From contig JAJDEJ010000109.1 of assembly GCA_029259815.1 (NCBI GenBank), positions 8,341-72,340 on the forward strand: a DNA stretch of 64,000 bases, read 5' to 3'. This document shows, in pieces, positions 55,660 to 63,618 of the stretch. Under the pieces are notes generated by a model. That model made no database searches, was not told where the DNA came from, and saw only the letters and a program-made list of their open reading frames with translations. The first letter of the stretch is position 1. Every line of letters begins with the position of its first letter. Position numbers and translations under genes: made by a program. The DNA comes from Planctomycetaceae bacterium (GTDB lineage Bacteria > Planctomycetota > Planctomycetia > Planctomycetales > Planctomycetaceae).

Positions 55660-56760
55660 TCAGTTATCCTCAACGCCATATTCCTGAAGAGTCTGCGTCG
55701 CTGCTGCCCGTCCAGAGCGGAAGGCGTCGCCTGCTTCTCCGCCGAAGAAGTCTGACAGATCGACCAACGCGGGGCCGAGCAGGATCAGGAACACGGCCGG
55801 CATGAGGCACAGAGCGGTCGGGAACAGGAGTTTGAAGGTCGCCATGTTGGCCGCTTGATCGGCTCGCTGCTTCTGGCTCTCACGAATGTTGTCACTGTGA
55901 TCAGCCAGAGCGGTGGAGACACTCGTGCCCATCTTCTCGGTCTGGATCAATGTCGAGGTGAACGAGTTGACCTCAGGCACATCGACGCGGTCGGCGAAGT
56001 TCTGCAGAGCCTGCTCCATCGATCCGACCTTCGCTTGATCGGAGACGATGCTCAGTTCTTGTGACAAGGCGGGATAGACGGGCTTGAGTTCGTGACTCAC
56101 GCGGTTGAGCGAGGCGGGCAGTGTCATGCCTTGGCTGACGCACATGTTGAGCATGTCCAGCATGTCGGGCATCGCTTTGCCGATCTCGTCGCGTCGTTCC
56201 GAGGCACGACTGCGGACGAGCAAACTTGGCAGCGCCCAGCCCAGCAACACGGAAGCTACACCGGCGAGAAGCACGAACAGTTCCAGTGCGGGCGGCACGA
56301 TGAGGAACAGAATCCCGAAAAACAGAATCGACAGAACAATTCCCACATAGCGAATGGCCGCCAGGTTCAGCCAGGCATTGGGCCGATAGTAACCGGCATT
56401 CGCCAGTTCACGCTTCATCAGCCGTTTCTTGTCATCACTCTCCGGCAACATCGAGGCAAACAATGGAGTCGCACTGCCAAAGATCATATCGGTGCGCCCC
56501 GGCACGTCACCCGGTTCCATCTTGAGCAACGGCTTCGCTGTCGCCGTCGGAGCCGGACTGGCAATGGGATGCATTGTCTTGTCCGAGGCACCCGCTTGCG
56601 TCACGTCGGCCTTCGGCTCCTTGCGAAGCCCGGAAGCATCCGAGGTCAGGTTGCTCAACCAGCCGGAGCGTCGACGCCGCAGGAACAGCAGGGCCAGCAA
56701 AGCGGCTCCCACGAGGCAGGCGGCGACAATCAGAATGGTGCGAAGTTCAGGAGAGATCAT
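55660..56760 (-). CDS. tadC: Tad pilus inner-membrane platform protein TadC (T2SS F family)
   Basis: An N-terminal TM, a long linker, and a T2SSF domain (PDMLDMLNMCVSQGMTL...). It is the last gene of the cpaF-tadB-tadC order. Confidence 0.85.
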   Translation of the reverse strand: MISPELRTILIVAACLVGAALLALLFLRRRRSGWLSNLTSDASGLRKEPKADVTQAGASDKTMHPIASPAPTATAKPLLKMEPGDVPGRTDMIFGSATPLFASMLPESDDKKRLMKRELANAGYYRPNAWLNLAAIRYVGIVLSILFFGILFLIVPPALELFVLLAGVASVLLGWALPSLLVRSRASERRDEIGKAMPDMLDMLNMCVSQGMTLPASLNRVSHELKPVYPALSQELSIVSDQAKVGSMEQALQNFADRVDVPEVNSFTSTLIQTEKMGTSVSTALADHSDNIRESQKQRADQAANMATFKLLFPTALCLMPAVFLILLGPALVDLSDFFGGEAGDAFRSGRAAATQTLQEYGVEDN

Positions 56761-56817
56761 GTCAGAGAGTCCGTCGTCGGATGTCAGTTCTTCTCAAGAT
56801 GGTGGTTTCAAGACTCG

Positions 56818-56888
56818 GTAGCTGAATTCGCAAGAATTCAGACGAATTCCACCTGTCTGTTGGTCTGAACTCTTGCGAATTCAGCTAC
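56818..56888. repeat. Long hairpin element in the tadB-tadC intergenic region
   Basis: GTAGCTGAATTCGCAAGAATTCAGAC (56818-56843) and GTCTGAACTCTTGCGAATTCAGCTAC (56863-56888) form a 26-bp inverted repeat with one mismatch. Each arm is itself a hairpin (CTGAATTC-GCAA-GAATTCAG). Confidence 0.85.
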
Positions 56889-56906
56889 TTGGAAAACATG
56901 TGTCTA

Positions 56907-57770
56907 TCAGGCCTTCTGGCTGCGAGTCAGAATCCTCAGCACGAAAAACGAGCCGAGCAGTTGCAGGAACAGAGCCGCCATCGTCGCCCGGAATCCCCAG
57001 TGGGAGTCGAGCAGTTCGTTGAAGTAATTGGGATCACGCCACATGAAGAAGGCAATCACCGCGATCGGCAGGATGAGCATCAACAGTGCGGTGCCTTTGC
57101 TCGCAGCCGTTGCGGCACGCAGGCGTCCCACGAACTGTGCACGATCACGCAGTGTTCGCGAGAGGCGGTCTAACACGTGGACGAGATCGCCACCTGTTTG
57201 TTCGTGAACCGCCAAAGCGGTCGTCAACACGCTCGTGCTGACGAGACCGGTGCGTGTCGGCAGATCACGGATCGAGTCCGTGACCGACAGACCCATATCC
57301 ATTTTGCCGGTGACCAGTTTGAGTTCGTCACCCAACGGAACTGGCGTGTCCTCAGCGACCATCTTCAAACAGTTCTCCAGACTTCGCCCGGTGCGGGCGG
57401 CGCGGGAGAGTTCATCAATGGCCGGTGGCAGTTGCTCCGTCATCTTCGCTTGTCGCCGTGAGCGGATGATTGTGACGATCGCGACCGGAACGACAAATCC
57501 CACCAGGGCCCCCATCGCGGTGGCCACAAGGCTCTCCTGCATCACAAATGCGAGTCCGGCAACAGCCATCGCTGAGCAGGCACAGATGGCGAGCATTAAC
57601 GCAGGTGCGATGCCCAAGCCCGATTGCAGCATGAGTTGATCGAACCAGCCGTTGAGGCGATCCGCCAGATCGTCGGGATCGCCGTGAGCATAGGGCTCGT
57701 GGTCCTTGAGGATCCCTGCGAACTCCTTGCTGGGCTTAATTTTTGTCGGATTGAGGACTTCAGTCGACAT
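56907..57770 (-). CDS. tadB: Tad pilus inner-membrane platform protein TadB (T2SS F family)
   Basis: A T2SSF domain (LPPAIDELSRAARTGRSLENCL...) flanked by TM helices. It sits between cpaF and tadC. Confidence 0.85.
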   Translation of the reverse strand: MSTEVLNPTKIKPSKEFAGILKDHEPYAHGDPDDLADRLNGWFDQLMLQSGLGIAPALMLAICACSAMAVAGLAFVMQESLVATAMGALVGFVVPVAIVTIIRSRRQAKMTEQLPPAIDELSRAARTGRSLENCLKMVAEDTPVPLGDELKLVTGKMDMGLSVTDSIRDLPTRTGLVSTSVLTTALAVHEQTGGDLVHVLDRLSRTLRDRAQFVGRLRAATAASKGTALLMLILPIAVIAFFMWRDPNYFNELLDSHWGFRATMAALFLQLLGSFFVLRILTRSQKA

Positions 57771-57826
57771 GGTTCAATAACTCTTGGCTGATGGCGATTG
57801 ATTCGAGCAACGTCGAACGTCTCTTG

Positions 57827-57887
57827 GTCGCTGAACTCGCAAGAGTTCAGAGTCTTCGCAAGACTGAATTCTTGCGAATCCAGCGAC
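57827..57887. repeat. Related multi-hairpin element in the cpaF-tadB intergenic region
   Basis: GTCGCTGAACTCGCAAGAGTTCAGAGTCTTCGCAAGACTGAATTCTTGCGAATCCAGCGAC contains the local hairpins CTGAACTC-GCAA-GAGTTCAG and AGTCTT-CGC-AAGACT. A third local hairpin, CTGAATTC-TTGC-GAATCCAG, is imperfect. The outer arms are also imperfectly complementary. Confidence 0.8.
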
Positions 57888-57901
57888 GACTTCCCCCCCT
57901 T

Positions 57902-59233
57902 TTACTCGCCCGGGTTGTAGTCGCTGCATGGTTTGAGTTCGCGGGCGTTGAACATGCGTGTATTGAGTTCGTGTCCCTGCGTCGCGAGACGACGGAGAGA
58001 CTGCGGCTCGTAGCCGGTCGCGTAGTACGAACCGAGCACTTTGCCGTCGTCGTCGACGCCCGCCATGCGGAACACGAAGATGTCCTCGATGTCGAACTCT
58101 CCATCGGTCACGCCGGTGAGTTCCGAGATCCGCATCACCTTTCGCTCACCATTGCTCAGGCGGGCAATGTGGACGAAGATTTGGATCGCTGAGGCGATGT
58201 ACTGCCGAGCGACATGTACGGGCAGTTCGGCTCCCGAGAGGGCGATCATCAGTTCGAGACGGTGCAGCGCGTCACGTGTGTCGTTGGCGTGGACGGTGCT
58301 CATTGAGCCGTCGTGGCCCGTGTTCATGGCTTGCAACATTTCCAGAACTTCACCACCACGAGCTTCGCCAACGATGATGCGATCCGGTCGCATGCGGAGT
58401 GTGTTGCGGAGCAACTCGCGTTGGGTGATGAGGCCCTTGCCTTCGACGTTCGCGGTGCGAGTCTCGAGGCCGACGACGTCCAACTGTTGCAACTGCAACT
58501 CGGCCGTCTCCTCGATCGTCACCACACGCTCGGAAGGCGGGATGAAGCGACTCAGGTTATTGAGCATCGTCGTTTTGCCGGCACCGGTCCCGCCGGAGAG
58601 CAGCACGTTCAGTCGGCCTTTGACGCAATGGATGAGGAAGTCGGCCATCTCAGGCGTCAACGTCTCCATCTTGACCATGTCTTCAAAGAGCACGGCCTTG
58701 GTTTTGAAACGGCGAATCGAGAGCGTCGGACCACGTAGTGCGAGCGGCGGAATGACCGCGTGCAGTCGTGAGCCGTCCGGCAGTTTGGCGTCGACCATTG
58801 GCGAGACTTCGTCGATGCGGCGACCGGCTCGTCCGACGAGACGTTGGATGAATCGCATCAGGTGAGCGTCATCAGCGAAGCGGACGTCCGTCTGTTCGAG
58901 GACACCGTTACGTTCGATGAACACACTGTCCGGCCCGTTGACCAGCACGTCGCTGACTTCCGAGTCGTTCATCAGCTTTTCGATGGGACCGAACCCATAG
59001 ATCTCGTCCATGAGTTCACTGACCATGAGTTGCCGGTCGTCGGGGGTCAGGTTGACCTCACGCTGGTTGACGAGGTGTGTCGCCAGCGACTGCAACTGAC
59101 GGCGGAACTCGTTTTCACCCAGCTCGCCCGCTTTCGACATGTCGATCGCGTCGACCATCTGGTGGTGCAGACGGGTCTTGAGTTGTTGGAAGGATTTGCG
59201 GGTGTCGGTCCCGTTTTCGGTCGCTGCCACCAT
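57902..59233 (-). CDS. cpaF: Tad pilus secretion ATPase CpaF/TadA
   Basis: Walker A LLSGGTGAGKTTMLN, Walker B/Asp box RPDRIIVGEARG, His box TGHDGSMSTVHAN, and the CpaF-type N-terminal domain. Confidence 0.93.
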   Translation of the reverse strand: MVAATENGTDTRKSFQQLKTRLHHQMVDAIDMSKAGELGENEFRRQLQSLATHLVNQREVNLTPDDRQLMVSELMDEIYGFGPIEKLMNDSEVSDVLVNGPDSVFIERNGVLEQTDVRFADDAHLMRFIQRLVGRAGRRIDEVSPMVDAKLPDGSRLHAVIPPLALRGPTLSIRRFKTKAVLFEDMVKMETLTPEMADFLIHCVKGRLNVLLSGGTGAGKTTMLNNLSRFIPPSERVVTIEETAELQLQQLDVVGLETRTANVEGKGLITQRELLRNTLRMRPDRIIVGEARGGEVLEMLQAMNTGHDGSMSTVHANDTRDALHRLELMIALSGAELPVHVARQYIASAIQIFVHIARLSNGERKVMRISELTGVTDGEFDIEDIFVFRMAGVDDDGKVLGSYYATGYEPQSLRRLATQGHELNTRMFNARELKPCSDYNPGE

Positions 59234-59327
59234 GTTGTTGCCTCCGTTAGGCTGTGTTGACGCCGGACGTCAGTTCAAAGGATGAGTCAATTCAAGGGTG
59301 TCGATTTGTCGTAGGCGTCTTGCTTGG

Positions 59328-60551
59328 TCAATGGGTCAATTGCAGTTTGAAGACATAGGGGTTCGCGAGGTCTTCGCTCAGGGTTTCGTCGATGATCGCC
59401 GTCCGCGTGGAGACGACAGCCGGTTGAAAGACAATCTGTGTGCTTCCCGTCTCCGCTCCGTCGATCGCGAGGATGCGACCGGCGACGAACTGGGTCGCCT
59501 GCAGGCGTCCGATGCCCAATTCGTTCGCCAGACTGTCGTCCTGGTACAGAACACAGATCCGTTTGTGTCCGATCATCTGCTCGAATTCGCTGAGACATTC
59601 GAGGAACATGCTGTCCGAACCGTCGATTGGCTGCGAAGAGCTGCTCAGCACGAACTCACCGCCAAATTGGGCGAGGTCTTCCTCATCCCAGCCCTCCAGG
59701 ATCTGTCGACGACACTGTTGCTCCAGCAGTCCGTTGCCCGTGTCGATGATCTGGAAGTTGGGCGACGTCTCTTGCGACCCGTTCTCTTCCGATGTGCTCA
59801 CGTCACTCGTCGATGACTCGTATGTAAGAACAATCTCACGAATCCCGTCAGGTCCGTTCGTGACGAAATGTGAGGCTTCGTCGTATCCGTACAGGTCCTG
59901 ACCGTTCTGTTGAACGATCTGCCATTCCCAGGTGTCTTTGCGTGTGCCGGTGACGTCGGATTCCAGAATTCCCAGCGGCATGGCGGGCACGTTTGCTCTC
60001 AGTATAGAGCGAAAGCCGATGACACGATTGTTGATGGACGCCTCGGCGAACGAGACCACGTTGCCGGTCTCGACACCCGTCAGACCTCGGAAGAACAAGG
60101 CGACTCCATTTCCACGTCGACGGATCGCTTGTGCTCTGACGATGACCGAGGTCGGGTTGTGATCAGTCTCTAGAAAGACCGGTACACCCGTCGTCGGGTC
60201 ATCCGTCACAACGCCGAAGCGGATGTCTCCATCTGGCGAAGTGTCCATTTCGACGACGGAGCCAGCGACTCGGTTGTCCGCAGCAATGGACCATGCAGTA
60301 AAGCGGGCCGCTTCGATGATGGCCGTGCCATCCGCGTCAGTCCGCAGCCGGTCGTCGTCAGCCAGACGACCGGCGGCGGCGAGTGCGGCCGCTTCGGCAG
60401 CTGTGGTCAACTCGACCCGTGCCGCGTCCAGCCACAGTCGATCCAGGATCAAGGCGGCTGCCACACAGACCACAAGGATCACCATCGCGAGAGCCGGCAT
60501 CAGTGTGCCGCGTCGCGAGGCTGCTCCTGGTTGTGAGTGATGACGTTTCAC
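59328..60551 (-). CDS. TadG-like pseudopilin-related pilus assembly protein
   Basis: The N-terminus SRRGTLMPALAMVILVVCVAAALILDRLWLDAARVELTTAAEAAALAAAGRL fits the Tad N-terminal (TadE/G-like) pattern. I chose GTG 60551 so the basic RRG segment is included and there is no overlap with cpaB. The ORF track extends to 60662. Confidence 0.7.
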   Translation of the reverse strand: MKRHHSQPGAASRRGTLMPALAMVILVVCVAAALILDRLWLDAARVELTTAAEAAALAAAGRLADDDRLRTDADGTAIIEAARFTAWSIAADNRVAGSVVEMDTSPDGDIRFGVVTDDPTTGVPVFLETDHNPTSVIVRAQAIRRRGNGVALFFRGLTGVETGNVVSFAEASINNRVIGFRSILRANVPAMPLGILESDVTGTRKDTWEWQIVQQNGQDLYGYDEASHFVTNGPDGIREIVLTYESSTSDVSTSEENGSQETSPNFQIIDTGNGLLEQQCRRQILEGWDEEDLAQFGGEFVLSSSSQPIDGSDSMFLECLSEFEQMIGHKRICVLYQDDSLANELGIGRLQATQFVAGRILAIDGAETGSTQIVFQPAVVSTRTAIIDETLSEDLANPYVFKLQLTH

Positions 60552-60598
60552 GGGTAAGTCAATCCAAAGGTCGAGACAGTCAGAGTCGGAAAGAGTGC

Positions 60599-61636
60599 TC
60601 AGGCACCAGCGTCGGCTGCGGGAGCCGTAGCGTCGGCGTCGTTTGAGACACGTCCGCCCCAATAGCCACGATTGTTACCCGGATTTGTGCGTTCCCGATC
60701 ATTGGGCTCGATCGTTTCCGGTGGTTGACGATTCCCACTGCGGAAGTCGCCAGCACCTCGGTCCGCACGTCCGTTGCCTCCGAAGGTGTTCACGCGACGA
60801 CCACCACCGTTGAAGATCTCGGTCGCAAAGTCCGGCTCCGGCTCTTCGGGCGGTGCCAGTCCGAGCACTTCGTCGAGGAAAGCACGATTCTCGTCAGCAA
60901 CAGCCACACCACCGTTCCCCAGACCATTCGGAGTGAAGGTGAGGTTGATGTTGCCGCGATTACGGGCGAGGAGCATGATGTTGGTCTGTTCCGGAGTGAG
61001 TTCCATCGTCACACTGTTGTTGCCCCGACCGACGGTTGATGATCCGGTCTGGCTGCGATTGATCGCGAGCAGCTTGACACCCTTGAACAGGGTCATGACC
61101 ATGCCCCCCCGACCGCTGTAATTTCCACTGGGGGTGAAATGGACGTCGGCGTAGTTGCCCGGCTCGATGAGTCCGTCGACCAAAGCGGTACCGTCTGAGA
61201 GCGAGACCGAAACGGCTCGCATGCCAGGCGTCACTTCGAGTGGCGGACGCTCACCTGGAGCGAACAGGTCCGAGGTGCGAATCGGCTCAGCTCGTGTAAT
61301 CGGGTTTCGAACCACACGACCAACGACCACGCGCGTGGTTCGCAGGACTTCGCGGTCCAACTTCTCGCTAAGGGCCGGTCCCATGCCGATGTGTGCATCG
61401 GTGATGACCGTGCCCGGCTTGAGGTCAGTCAATGCCATCGGGATCGTGACCCGGGTGTCGACAACCGGAACTTCTTCCTTAGCGAACATGCGTTTGGCGA
61501 CGAACGCCGCTACCAGGCCACCGATCACCAGCAGCATAATCAGGGTCAATAGGGCAGGTGTCAATTTCACGGCTGACTCTCCAGAAGTACGTTTTCGGTG
61601 GACTTTTCGATCTTTGCCGAGAGGGGGGATGGTCAC
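60599..61636 (-). CDS. cpaB: Flp pilus assembly protein CpaB/RcpC with a Gly/Arg/Asn-rich C-terminal tail
   Basis: An N-terminal TM LLTLIMLLVIGGLVAAFV. A SAF-like segment VTIPMALTDLKPGTVITDAHI is followed by the RcpC-type beta domain. The start is GTG. Confidence 0.85.
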   Translation of the reverse strand: MTIPPLGKDRKVHRKRTSGESAVKLTPALLTLIMLLVIGGLVAAFVAKRMFAKEEVPVVDTRVTIPMALTDLKPGTVITDAHIGMGPALSEKLDREVLRTTRVVVGRVVRNPITRAEPIRTSDLFAPGERPPLEVTPGMRAVSVSLSDGTALVDGLIEPGNYADVHFTPSGNYSGRGGMVMTLFKGVKLLAINRSQTGSSTVGRGNNSVTMELTPEQTNIMLLARNRGNINLTFTPNGLGNGGVAVADENRAFLDEVLGLAPPEEPEPDFATEIFNGGGRRVNTFGGNGRADRGAGDFRSGNRQPPETIEPNDRERTNPGNNRGYWGGRVSNDADATAPAADAGA

Positions 61637-61679
61637 GTCTCTGAGAGACTTTCCTGTGACCGTTCGTCCTGATTGATTT

Positions 61680-61730
61680 CTATTCCTTCACCATGTGTGA
61701 CGGTGTTGCTATTCCTTCACCATGTGTGAC
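61680..61730. repeat. Tandem direct duplication of the tadE 3' end (22 bp twice, 29-bp period)
   Basis: CTATTCCTTCACCATGTGTGAC occurs at 61680-61701 and again at 61709-61730. The second copy encodes the last residues of TadE and its stop (SHMVKE*). Confidence 0.9.
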
Positions 61731-62146
61731 TGTGACGTGAGGTATCTTCCATTGAGGTCGAAACCAATCGGCCACAGCAAGTTGGGTGATGCGGCTCTCA
61801 TCGGGACGCGGACCGCCACGGCAACCGGGTCGCCCGAGTAGTCACTGTCGCTCAGGCTGATTTCCGCGTAGGGGTACAGGCTTCTTCCCAAAGCCCGTTT
61901 GATGTCTTCATGAATATCCTCTTCAACGACTCCCTGCATCGTGGCCCGACGTGCTCCCAGCCGACTGGCCTCCGTCACGGAGCCCTGCGCAAAGAACAGC
62001 ATCGTGAATTCCAGGATGCCCATGAGGAGCACCACCACGATCGGGAGTGTCAAAACCAGTTCCATGCTGAGAATGCCGTCACGACGAGTCCGATGTCGCA
62101 GGCGATTGTTCTTCGATCGTGTTTGCATGGTGAATCGTGTTTGCAT
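61709..62146 (-). CDS. tadE: TadE-like pseudopilin
   Basis: RRDGILSMELVLTLPIVVVLLMGILEFTMLFFAQGSVTEASRLGARRA is the TadE N-terminal pattern. Confidence 0.82.
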   Translation of the reverse strand: MQTRFTMQTRSKNNRLRHRTRRDGILSMELVLTLPIVVVLLMGILEFTMLFFAQGSVTEASRLGARRATMQGVVEEDIHEDIKRALGRSLYPYAEISLSDSDYSGDPVAVAVRVPMRAASPNLLWPIGFDLNGRYLTSQSHMVKE

Positions 62147-62221
62147 CGTGACCAGTTGTTCCGGGTGCGAGGGTGGGGATAGTCGCGGCAGGGGAGTTTG
62201 GTCGCGTCGTTCAGTACTGAG

Positions 62222-62773
62222 TTAGGGCAACGTCGACAGGTTGAGGAGCATCACCAGCCAGGTGGCCACAGCCACCGGGACGGCATACCCCATCACACGT
62301 CGGGTTTGTCGTTCTTTCACAGTCTCCTTGCGAACCGGCTGACCTTTCTCGGTCTTGCCCGTTGCGAGGTATTGACTCTGGGTATTCTTGAAGCCTTTGG
62401 TGAGCACACTCCAGAGCATGATGGCTCCTGTGCCGAAGATGACCATCAGCGTGCTCACGATCAGGACCATGAGTGTGTGTCGATAGCCGAGCCAGACGCT
62501 CAGAGCACCCATCAGCTTCACGTCTCCGCCGCCGCCGCCGCCGACCATCCAAAGGACGAACAGCACGCCGAAGCCGCAGAGGAACCCGAGGGCCGCATCA
62601 CCCAAACCGGGGAGGCCGTTGAAGACAGCTTGATAGATCCAACCCAGAGCAAATGTCGGAAGCGTCAGCTTGTTCGGGATGCGCCAATGACGCCAGTCCC
62701 AAAAAGCCGCCGCCGCGGTGAAGGCACCCACGACGATCACGAGTAACCAGGATTGTGGGCTCAATTCAAACAT
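62222..62773 (-). CDS. cpaA: Prepilin peptidase CpaA/TadV (peptidase A24 family)
   Basis: FWDWRHWRIPNKLTLP carries the first catalytic Asp region, and GGGGGDVKLMGALSVWLGY the second. It is a polytopic membrane protein of 183 aa. Confidence 0.88.
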   Translation of the reverse strand: MFELSPQSWLLVIVVGAFTAAAAFWDWRHWRIPNKLTLPTFALGWIYQAVFNGLPGLGDAALGFLCGFGVLFVLWMVGGGGGGDVKLMGALSVWLGYRHTLMVLIVSTLMVIFGTGAIMLWSVLTKGFKNTQSQYLATGKTEKGQPVRKETVKERQTRRVMGYAVPVAVATWLVMLLNLSTLP

Positions 62774-63201
62774 GGATTCACTTGCTACTATTTCCCAGTC
62801 TGTGCAGACCGTGTTGAAACGCTACCACACGTTTCCGTTAGTGCCCGTGCCCGTTGCCGAATTGTCACACTTTTCCCTGCTCCATTTTTCAACGTGACGG
62901 TTAAACCCGAATACCGTCAGATCGCACGTTCCCCGCAGATGAGCCAAACTGACGCGGAGGAATCCACACGACCGTCACGGTCGATACAACCGGACTGTCT
63001 TCAGCGGTGTGATCAGTCCAATGCGGGCGCAGCAGGAGTTACGCGGGAAGTCAATTTAAGAGGAAGATGCACGTCCAGAGGGTTCGGGGAATTCTTCCGA
63101 AGCCGTCATGCGGTGAACATCACGTGGCCACGGTCGCCAGACTGTGGGAATCGGGCTCCACCGTTTCGGACGGTACCTGCCTTGAATAACAGGCCCGCAT
63201 C

Positions 63202-63618
63202 TTACGACCAGGGAGGATCGAATCTCGCGGAATTCACGTCGATGACACTTAGCACTTCATGCAATTCGGGCAGTGCAAAACCGTGTCGGTGAGACCAGAA
63301 CACGAAATGCAGATTTTCCCAGCCCTCGTCCACGAATCGTTCCATCACAAACCGGACGACCGGACGTTGCAGCACTGCCGGATCATTCAAAGAGCCGAAA
63401 CTGGCGTCGTCAAACTCGCGGATACGTCGTGTACCCAGCAGGTGTTCGACTCGGCGATACCGGCAGAAGACTCCCCAGAAACGACGGCACCACTCTCGAT
63501 GAGCGATCGGCCCCACGTCGAAACCGCGTCGTTCGCTTTCCAACCACTTGAAGGCATCAGCCTCCCGGCAGGCAAGCTCCCACAGACTGTGAGATGCCAA
63601 AGATTCGTTTACCGTCAT
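63202..63618 (-). CDS. Hypothetical cytoplasmic protein (138 aa)
   Basis: An ORF with reasonable codon bias. It carries a motif I cannot assign to any family: CREADAFKWLESERRGFDVGPIAHREWCRRFWGVFCRYRRVEH. I prefer ATG 63618; the ORF opens at 63630. Confidence 0.55.
   Translation of the reverse strand: MTVNESLASHSLWELACREADAFKWLESERRGFDVGPIAHREWCRRFWGVFCRYRRVEHLLGTRRIREFDDASFGSLNDPAVLQRPVVRFVMERFVDEGWENLHFVFWSHRHGFALPELHEVLSVIDVNSARFDPPWS

Noticed and set aside
62774-63201. Expected Flp pilin gene upstream of cpaA
   Set aside because: I translated the tad strand of this region. It contains only very short ORFs, such as ATG-TTC-ACC-GCA-TGA, with no hydrophobic Flp-type segment, so no pilin gene can be supported here.
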